Part shown: positions 23,151 to 32,112 of the stretch, piece by piece
Position numbering within the stretch: the stretch's first letter is position 1
Layout of the letters: the number at the start of each line of letters is the position of its first letter
Source of the DNA: Nemertoderma westbladi
Taxonomy: Eukaryota; Animalia; Xenacoelomorpha
DNA: 32,112 bases
Direction: 5' to 3'
NCBI GenBank assembly: GCA_032718475.1
Contig: JAUCBJ010003285.1
Coordinates: forward strand, 1 to 32,112
Translations under genes and position numbers: made by a program
Notes under the pieces: generated by a model
What the model was told of the DNA's origin: nothing
The model's input: the letters and a program-made list of their open reading frames with translations, nothing else
The model's database searches: none

Positions 23151-24529
23151 TAAAATATTTTAATTAACTGGTTGGCCCAAATAAATAAAATATTTTAATT
23201 AACTGGTTGGCCCAAATAAATAAAATATTTTAATTAACTGGTTGGCCCAAATAAATAAAATATTTTAATTAACTGGTTGGCCCAAATAAATAAAATATTT
23301 TAATTAACTGGTTGGCCCAAATAAATAAAATATTTTAATTAACTGGTTGGCCCAAATAAATAAAATATTTTAGTAACTGGTTGGCCCAAATAAATAAAAT
23401 ATTTTAATTAACTGGTTGGCCCAAATAAATAAAATATTTTAATTAACTGGTTGGCCCAAATAAATAAAATATTTTAATTAACTGGTTGGCCCAAATAAAT
23501 AAAATATTTTAATTAACTGGTTGGCCCAAATAAATAAAATATTTTAATTAACTGGTTGGCCCAAATAAATAAAATATTTTAATTAAGTGGTTGGCCCAAA
23601 TAAATAAAATATTTTAATTAACTGGTTGGCCCAAATAAATAAAATATTTTAATTAACTGGTTGGCCCAAATAAATAAAATATTTTAATTAACTGGTTGGC
23701 CCAAATAAATAAAATATTTTAATTAACTGGTTGGCCCAAATAAATAAAATATTTTAATTAACTGGTTGGCCCAAATAAATAAAATATTTCAATTAACTGG
23801 TTGGCCCAAATAAATAAAATATTTTAATTAACTGGTTGGCCCAAATAAATAAAATATTTTAATTAACTGGTTGGCCCAAATAAATAAAATATTTTAATTA
23901 ACTGGTTGGCCCAAATAAATAAAATATTTTAATTAACTGGTTGGCCCAAATAAATAAAATATTTTAATTAACTGGTTGGCCCAAATAAATAAAATATTTT
24001 AATTAACTGGTTGGCCCAAATAAATAAAATATTTTAATTAACTGGTTGGCCCAAATAAATAAAATATTTTAATTAACTGGTTGGCCCAAATAAATAAAAT
24101 ATTTTAATTAACTGGTTGGCCCAAATAAATAAAATATTTTAATTAACTGGTTGGCCCAAATAAATAAAATATTTTAATTAACTGGTTGGCCCAAATAAAT
24201 AAAATATTTTAATTAACTGGTTGGCCCAAATAAATAAAATATTTTAATTAACTGGATGGCCCAAATAAATAAAATATTTTAATAACTGGTTGGCCCAAAT
24301 AAATAAAATATTTTAATTAACTGGTTGGCCCAAATAAATAAAATATTTTAATTAACTGGTTGGCCCAAATAAATAAAATATTTTAATTAACTGGTTGGCC
24401 CAAATAAATAAAATATTTTAATTAACTGGTTGGCCCAAATAAATAAAATATTTTAATTAACTGGTTGGCCCAAATAAATAAAATATTTTAATAACTGGTT
24501 GGCCCAAATAAATAAAATATTTTAGTAAC
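23151..24529. repeat. 35-bp AT-rich tandem repeat, ~39 copies
   Basis: Unit TAAAATATTTTAATTAACTGGTTGGCCCAAATAAA, highly homogeneous. Confidence 0.98.
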
Positions 24530-25361
24530 TTATGTATAGAAGATCAGACATTATGAACACAAAGTAAAGGTATTCGTAATAACCTCCAGTAATATCGCGA
24601 AATTTTTTGACGGAATTACCATAAAAGGTTCTGTGGACAAGCCAATAACAAACTCTTTCCTTCCGAACCCTGGTAATAACCTGCCATACGTATAAATGAG
24701 TGTGTCGAATGAGCAACTATATTTTATTTTAAATATTGTTAAAAATTATTCAATCGGCTTCCATTTGCTTTACATAAGGTAAAGGTTTCCGTCGTTGGCT
24801 TTCTCAGAAGTGATGATAGAGAGCGACATGAACAGAAGGCACTAATAATTATCTTTCGGTTTAAAGAACAACGCATTACAGCATTGTGTTCAGCTATACA
24901 TAAAAACTAAAAATATTAAAATTTACAAACACTATTAATTAAATGTTTTGTTTACAGCAACCTTAAAGAAATCAATAAATAATTATTTAATATGAACAAT
25001 TTGATGTTATTAATAAATAGTTGAGACGCTTAATTACTCACAGGATGTTAATTAAATAATTAGTACTGCATATCCAATATTATAAAAAAACCAAGTTAAA
25101 CAACTATAACATTAAAAATGAAATCCATTTTACAATTCAATTATATTTATAATTATTACTAAATTAATTATTGGTACAATATCTAATAAACTACATTACT
25201 TTAAAACAATATCACATAATAAATAAACAGAAATACATTACCATATTACATTACGACTGGCAGCTAAGGAACATAACAAACTATTAAAAACTACACGGAT
25301 CGAGTATATTATTATCGCAAAGCCTTCAGTATAAACGGTTCTATGTAGAAGATTGAGTGCA

Positions 25362-26016
25362 TATAGGTATAGGTATAGGATAGGTAGGTATTATAGGTAT
25401 AGGTATAGGAAGGTTATTATAGGTATAGGTATAGGAAGGTTATTATAGGTATAGGTTAGGTAGGTATTATAGGTATAGGTTAGGTAGGTATTATAGGTAT
25501 AGGTTAGGTAGGTATTATAGGTATAGGTTAGGTAGGTGTTATAGGTATAGGTATAGGAAGGTTATTATAGGTATAGGTATAGGAAGGTTATTATAGGTAT
25601 AGGTTAGGTAGGTATTATAGGTATAGGTTAGGAAGGTGTAGGTATAGGAAGGTTATATAGGTATAGGTTAGGTAGGTGTTATAGGTATAGGATAGGAAGG
25701 TATTATAGGTATAGGTTAGGTAGGTATTATAGGTATAGGTTAGGTAGGTATTATAGGTATAGGTTAGGTAGGTGTTATAGGTATAGGTATAGGAAGGTTA
25801 TTATAGGTATAGGTATAGGAAGGTTATTATAGGTATAGGTATAGGAAGGTTATTATAGGTATAGGTTAGGTAGGTATTATAGGTATAGGTTAGGTAGGTA
25901 TTATAGGTATAGGTTAGGTAGGTGTTATAGGTATAGGATAGGAAGGTGTTATAGGTATAGGTTAGGTAGGTGTTATAGGTATAGGATAGGAAGGTATTGT
26001 AGGTCAAAGGTATAGG
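25362..26016. repeat. Compound TATAGG/TTAGG/TAGG/AAGG minisatellite (~24-27-bp higher units)
   Basis: For example TATAGGTATAGGTTAGGTAGGTAT repeated; the + strand is almost free of C. Confidence 0.95.
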
Positions 26017-28118
26017 AGTGTGCAAGATATACGAGTCATGTAGTGAGCATGCCATATAGTTAAAAACAGTCAATTTAACTAAAACGTAACTGAAGTAAAA
26101 ACCGATTATTTCAGAAATCATAACGCAGATTCCATGAGAGAATATCTTATAATATTCATTTGGCCTTTATAAGTATTTGTAATAGTGATAATAATTACTG
26201 CAAAATTTATGTTGGTCATAGACCGCCAATATAGAATCTGTAGCGGCAAAATAGAATAAAAAGCGTCGATACAAGATAAACAGCGCCAACATAGGATAAA
26301 AAGCGGCAATGAACATAAAAATACAATGCATCAAAAAAAGGCAAGTATTTTTTAAAGACATACATAACACTTAGGTAACCAAACTGTCCTCATTGAATAC
26401 ATTGAGCCATTACCTAAAACAGCGCACATTCGTAGCCCTTTATACTACACAGCACAGACACCAGATAACACCCGACGCGACCGAATACTAATGCTGACTC
26501 TAAAATAATAACTAAATAACGTTATTCTACCGCAGCTGCCCACCAACCGCGTCGCAGGCTAGACCTGGACGGATAACAATTAATTACACAAAACTAACGG
26601 GTTAGGTAGTTAGGTTCTAAAAGTGAAACAAAATTAACTAAAACATGAAATACTTTCTATTCAATTTGTCGAGTGGAACAAAACTGAATGATATACATTA
26701 TGACACTCTTAGTGCAAAAATTATATACCATCACGATTTCGTGCTATAAAAATAGTCGACAGATGTTTTTAAAACGTCACACCACTAATTTTTCTTACAA
26801 ACCATGCAAAAAGGCAAACACGGTGACAATACAACTTCGGTTTTAGGAACACATTGTAACTTCGGAAGCAAAATTTTATGAAATCTCAAAGTTAAACTTT
26901 CCGTATTATAGAATACAATTAGAACTGTTTGAACCATCGCCTCAGTGATTAATGGGGCGCATTAAATTAGATAGGGAACCGCAGATGCTTAGATGCAGCC
27001 AATCAGGTACTTAGTCGTACCAGATGTTGGGCGAAGCCTATGATATGCAGCCAATGGGGAATCAGTTGAGGTAAATCCGTGTACATAGTTTACCGCACGA
27101 GTGCGTTAAGTCGATCAGTTGGTGCACAATGAGGACAATAAGTATAAAATCAAATGAGTTCAACATAATTCGCTGGAATTAGTCCAGTTCGATTACCGAG
27201 ATTCCCTTCTAACCATCCCGGCTCCTTCGAAGGCCGCACTGCAAAGAACGGAAATATTACATTTATTTAGATGTCTTTATTTCATGAACCGAGATTTTGA
27301 ATCACTCACACACAAATAATATTGTATTTTTGTCTGGAATAATATAGGGCTCGAAATCTACTACGAGATTAATTAAACTAATCGGAACGTTTTAAATGTT
27401 TTGTTAAATGTTAACGAACAACGAACTGATTGAGCAACATTACTGTGAGCTACAAATAATTTATTATGGATTAATGTTATTCGGTTGACCTGAATGTTTT
27501 CTCATTTTGTCTAAAAGGAATGTAAATTCAGCTACTTACCGTTAGTAATAATGTCACTCGCATGGAATGATAGTTCTGCGTCATTTTCAGCCTCACAATC
27601 GTGCAAAGCTCTCACTTTCCTATACAAAATAGAAATCAGATATTGATAGTAAAGTTAAGGTTAATAAGGTTAAGGTTAACACACCTGGAATAAAGTAAAT
27701 AATTATTATTAAGGTACACTAATTCCATTCTATACAACTTACTCAATAAGTGTTTTGCAAAAAGATACGAAACGACACAATTTTAGAAATTCGTAAATAA
27801 TTGACGTATGTAATAAAACATAGTCAGATAATGCCAATATCAAATCATAATACACTAAAAATACTACAGATAGATAGAATGATAGTATATAAGCGTGAAG
27901 CGCAGCAGTGTCTAGGCGTGTTAAAGAAAAGCAAAATAAAGCATTTGGATATATTAGACATTATTCAGTACAATAAAAAAAGTCATGCAAAACATGCTGT
28001 GCATTAAATTATTTATTGTATATGTGTTTAACATCCATAGATTGTATAAATTAATAAGTAATTAAACCGGACTAAGGATGATCCAACTCTATAGCAAATG
28101 GAGCGGAAAAAATGAATT

Positions 28119-28198
28119 CGCCACCAGCGGGGATTGAACCCACGTCTCCCGATAAACGTTCAGGTATGCTAACCACTACACCACCACACCACGGAGGC
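28119..28198 (-). tRNA. Mirror copy of the tRNA-like unit, with an 8-nt duplication in the A-box region
   Basis: Reverse complement of 28206-28277 plus an extra CACACCAC, followed by its own T6 terminator. Confidence 0.55.
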
Positions 28199-28205
28199 AG
28201 TTTTT

Positions 28206-28277
28206 GCCTCCGTGGTGTAGTGGTTAGCATACCTGAACGTTTATCGGGAGACGTGGGTTCAATCCCCGCTGGTGGCG
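28206..28277 (+). tRNA. tRNA-like unit (72 nt; Asp-like body, GTT at the anticodon position, non-canonical loop); probably a pseudo-tRNA or SINE head
   Basis: Cloverleaf: acceptor GCCTCCG/TGGTGGC (one mismatch), D arm GTGT-AGTGGTTA-GCAT, anticodon arm CCTGA-ACGTTTA-TCGGG, variable loop AGAC, T arm GTGGG-TTCAATC-CCCGC. A T6 Pol III terminator lies just downstream. Confidence 0.65.
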
Positions 28278-28768
28278 AATTCATTTTTTCCGCTCCATTT
28301 GCTATAGAGTTGGGTCATCCTTCGTCCTGTTTAATTACTTATTAATTAAATTATTTATTTTTTAGCAATACGCATAAGGGAAGAGTCCATAAAGGAGACA
28401 AAGCCAGATCGGGGGCTCACTGAAGGAAAAAGTACGTAGGTGTTACATAAGATCACGTATTGTTAAGTTAAAACAAACTGAGTAGAGTTACTGTAATAAT
28501 CTTATACATTTCGAGTTTTATAATAAATAAAATAAATAAACAATTAGCGTTTATAATTATTGCAAACAATATATAAATCACGACCTTCTTCACACATGAG
28601 GCCAACCCATCGTGAAGTAACGCCGTATACTATGGACTCAGCAGTTACTCAGCTAATATCCGTTAATTGAATCAATGATGCTACTACATGCTACTACACA
28701 ATGGGTAGGCCTGATGCAAGACACAACTACGGCAGTTTAGGTATGGCACAAACAATAGGCGCAATGAG

Positions 28769-29264
28769 AGTTGCAACATGGCCTACTTAAATACGGCCTG
28801 CCAAATGGCAGCAAGGCCAAAAAATTAGTGGGTCGATTTTTCAACGTTGTCGTGGCAGTATATTATATATTTGTATAAAGACAATCAAGTTGTTGTATAT
28901 TATCTGAAATTTTATGGAGATTTCAAATATGCAATCGGTTTTGTCATACCTTTCTCAGTATTTGAAATATTTCACGAAAACCAATGGGTACCCAAAAAGT
29001 GGGTTCCAAATGTTGGTTCAACATGAAAATTTCATTTTTCGGATACATGTAATACTCCGTTATTTGCCATTATGAGTTTTAAAGATTCTGGATTATTGAA
29101 ACTTTCATGGTGGACCCACTTTTTGAGTATCCATTGGTTTTCGTGAAATATTTCGAAAACTGTACAAATATATACTGCCACGACAACGTTGAAAAATAGA
29201 CCCACTAATTTTTTGGCCTTGATGCCATTTGGCAGGCCGTATGTAAGTAGGCCATGTTGCAACT
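28769..29264. mobile_element. ~500-bp MITE with long TIRs, superfamily unassigned
   Basis: AGTTGCAACATGGCCTACTTA...GTCGTGGCAGTATAT (~95 bp) is mirrored at ~29170-29264. A second inner inverted pair lies at ~28955-29008 and ~29108-29162. No clear TSD. Confidence 0.8.
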
Positions 29265-29388
29265 TAGGGTGAAAGTAGTGTAGGTGTTAGCCCCTAAAAG
29301 TCCAGATATAATCTTTGCGTACTAACTATTTTATCTAATAGTACACTTTCAATGATACACTTCCATCGTTACATTGAATAAGACACTG

Positions 29389-29464
29389 ACATAGATATAG
29401 AGTCTATAGGCACTTACATGGATATAGTGTCTATAGGCACTTACATGGATATAGTGTCTGGCAC
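29389..29464. repeat. 27-bp tandem repeat, ~2.8 copies
   Basis: ACAT(A/G)GATATAG(A/T)GTCTATAGGCACTT repeated. Confidence 0.85.
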
Positions 29465-32112
29465 ATGATAATGAAATGGTGGACTATCCGGAGGTCTAAA
29501 TGATGAAACAAAAAAATGGGTTAATAGAGAAGTGAGTGGATGATGAAAGAGTTGTTCGATCCGAAATATTTGTGCGAATTATTAGAGAAAGTATAATTAA
29601 ACTAACTAAAGGCCTGTTGTACGTACACAGGCGGCTATAAACCAAAATAGTATTAGCCTCGTTAGCCTTTCGAGCAGCACAGGAGACTTGGATGCTGCGG
29701 GTAAGACTATGAAATATTGGTTTATTAATATCGAAATAGTTTGTGTCCCTGATTGACTCAATATAAATGGAGCACGTTCTGAGCTGCTAAAGATGAGTAT
29801 ATATACCTAATTGAAGCGGCTATTTCAAAAAGTATCTGCAAAAAAATCAATTGTTCAAGAAAACGAAAATACTTTGAAGGCCTACTTTCATAAAAAATTT
29901 ACCCATTGAGTGTAAATATCTATAAAATGGCAATATAGTCAAAAACTAATAATTTCCCAATACTGAACAAGACAGACCGATTTGGAAAAGTTTGCATTAT
30001 ATTTTGAATTCTAGACCCTTTTTTGACCCCAATACCCCATTTATTATCCTTATTGCCAATCTATTAAAAGTATTACTTGAGATATTATTTACCACACCAG
30101 CCCTTCTCTAAGTATATTATGACTAAATCTCTGTCTACGACTTTGTAGCTCTCTCGCACAGCACTGACGGGTATAGCCATGTTACCAAGTATTTTGGAAA
30201 ATTTAGGACCCTTCAAATACACCGTTTCAATTATATTAAACCTCTTGTTGGACAATGACTGCGGGTCCACTAGTGAGAACAACGTGCACAACGCAATGAT
30301 GTGCAGAGTTAAGAACCCAATGTATGAGATGCAGAAACAAATTCCAATTATTTAATTCCAGAATGTCGAGATACATAATTTTTAACTCTCATTGGATGGC
30401 AATTCCATTAGTGCTGCAATTAATTATTGCCGCATGCTTGGCAGATTCATTTGTGCTGCATTTAATTAAAACTGCGAACAATGATGCCGCTTCAGGTATT
30501 TTTTGTTACAATATTTAATGTTCATTGAGTTGTACCTGCAACATACTACCCGATTGAATTCCATCTGTATCTTATTCTACTTAGAGAGCCAACAAAGTTT
30601 TTGGGGGTAAAAAAAAACAGACTGTCGATTTGTGGGGTATAAAAAAAACACTGGATAAGTCAAGTTCGAGAAAGTTATTTTAATACCATTTGAAATAGCG
30701 TTTTTTATTGGCTTAGCCAGTATCCAATCAAATCACCTCAGCCTACAATATGACGTTGTTAACCAGCTGATTTCAAGTTGTTATTATTTTGGCTGGTGGA
30801 GGGTTCCAACCACAGTATTTCCCAACCATGAATTCTATTGGTTGCTTCGAATTCACCTAGTGTCTCAATTCCCTGAACACTAAAGTGGCAATACTCTTTC
30901 CAACACAAATGGTCTCATTGTATCAATTATTTATTTAAATCCATGGAATATTAACAATTTTATTGACAAAAAAACGGAAAATTGTTTTTTTTAACCCCCA
31001 ATGACTATAATTATTAATAAAAAGGGACCATGGTATTTATTGTGCGACAGGTAGGTGGAGAGGAGAGGAGAGGAGAGGGGAAAATAGATAATGGAAAAAA
31101 CTAGACCCTATACTATACATTTATATCTACGAATAGTAAAAACATATGGACCGACGCCAAATAGGTTCGAATAGGTAGAAAGGTAATTATTGATTTAAAT
31201 TTAGTCCGCAGCAAGCATCCCCCAGAGAAATGTTCGCACGATATGTCTCGCGGATTAAGAAACCGTAACCCGTGTTTATGACTCCCGTATATTGTTTCGG
31301 CTAGAATTACATGCCTATGTAATAACCTTCTCCTTTCCTTTAATTGGTCATTATCGGGTGACGAATGGACCCGACAAGAATTAAAGCTAAATTTCACTTA
31401 AGTCAAATTCCATTTAGTTCGAACGTGTCCAGTTGTTAGAAAACATTAATGAAAAGGTTGGAGATGAAATAGTTGAGGAGAGAAAATATAAAGAAAGAAA
31501 ATAGGATAATTGGAGAAAATACGTCGTTGAGAAAGTGTAATATTTATTTATTTATAAATGTTCATCAAAAGCCCTGTTTAAATGGCACATCATTATTTAT
31601 TAAAAAATCAGTTATCGTACATTCACTTGCATACTTAGTAGGTTATAAGAACACACCCTTCACCCTTAATATCTATGTCAAGTTTTTTTTAAAAAGCTTG
31701 AGAAAAAATTATTGATAATAATTAAAATGTACATATTATTATAAATATATAAAATAAATAAATAAATATGAAACATCGCCATTAAAGGTAATAGATACGC
31801 AAGGCAAACCATAATATATACATTTTGAGTTAGTAGAAAATTCAAGCAGCTACATTTGCAGGAAAAATGTTGTCTACCACAAGGCGGTGCAATAACTACT
31901 TACGATATGGGAGAATCAGAGTCTGAGCTTTCTACACGTGTCCGACTGGCTCGCTAAGGGAGCGTACTGGTCAGTGCTTAGGTCTCCTGAACTGTTGGTC
32001 CTAGTGTTAAAACAATTATATTCCCAGGGCCAAATCTAAGGCTACTAAATAGGTACCATATCAGATTTAGTCAACCAAAGAGCCTAGCAACAATATAGAA
32101 TTATATGATGTA

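Larger units (their letters stand above)
28049..28347. repeat. ~300-bp near-perfect palindrome made of two divergent tRNA-like units
   Basis: The arms (~143-151 bp) are identical except for 3 substitutions in the outer part and an 8-bp duplication in the left arm. The central loop is GTTTT. Confidence 0.95.

Noticed and set aside
25801-26370. Hydrophobic minus-strand reading frame, possibly a membrane-protein pseudogene
   Set aside because: Interrupted by stops, runs into the TATAGG repeat and has no recognisable family motif; T-rich DNA gives such peptides by chance.
28206-28277. Functional tRNA-Asn(GTT) gene
   Set aside because: The anticodon loop lacks U33 and a purine at 37, the acceptor stem has a mismatch and the body is Asp-like; kept only as tRNA-like.
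28072-28345. Two mirror-image ORFs (MNSPPAGIEPTS...)
   Set aside because: Antisense translations of the tRNA-like palindrome.
30085-31715. Several short ORFs (64-94 aa)
   Set aside because: No recognisable domains and no consistent splice structure; they may be old TE debris but cannot be supported.

Overview
AT-rich eukaryotic genomic DNA, most likely from an invertebrate animal. The evidence is a spliceosomal intron, CR1- and RTE-like LINE remnants, tRNA-derived SINEs and MITEs; nothing looks prokaryotic. The only well-supported protein gene is a two-exon amidase-signature gene on the minus strand (17952..16420 + 15856..15323, about 688 aa). It resembles plant-type fatty acid amide hydrolase (FAAH), has an intact Lys-Ser-Ser triad, and shows a sharp AT-to-GC switch inside exon 1. 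About a quarter of the window is tandem arrays: a 68-bp unit (~23 copies), a 34-bp CCAAT-box unit (~135 copies, with higher-order structure and a LINE stub inserted in its last unit), a 35-bp unit (~39 copies) and a TATAGG/TTAGG compound repeat. The rest is mostly transposon debris. The most unusual objects are (1) a ~300-bp near-perfect palindrome of two head-to-head tRNA-like Pol III units only 7 bp apart and (2) the 68-bp satellite, whose unit reads like a miniature intron (GTGAGT, pyrimidine tract, TACTAAC). All family assignments come from recalled motifs, not from database searches.
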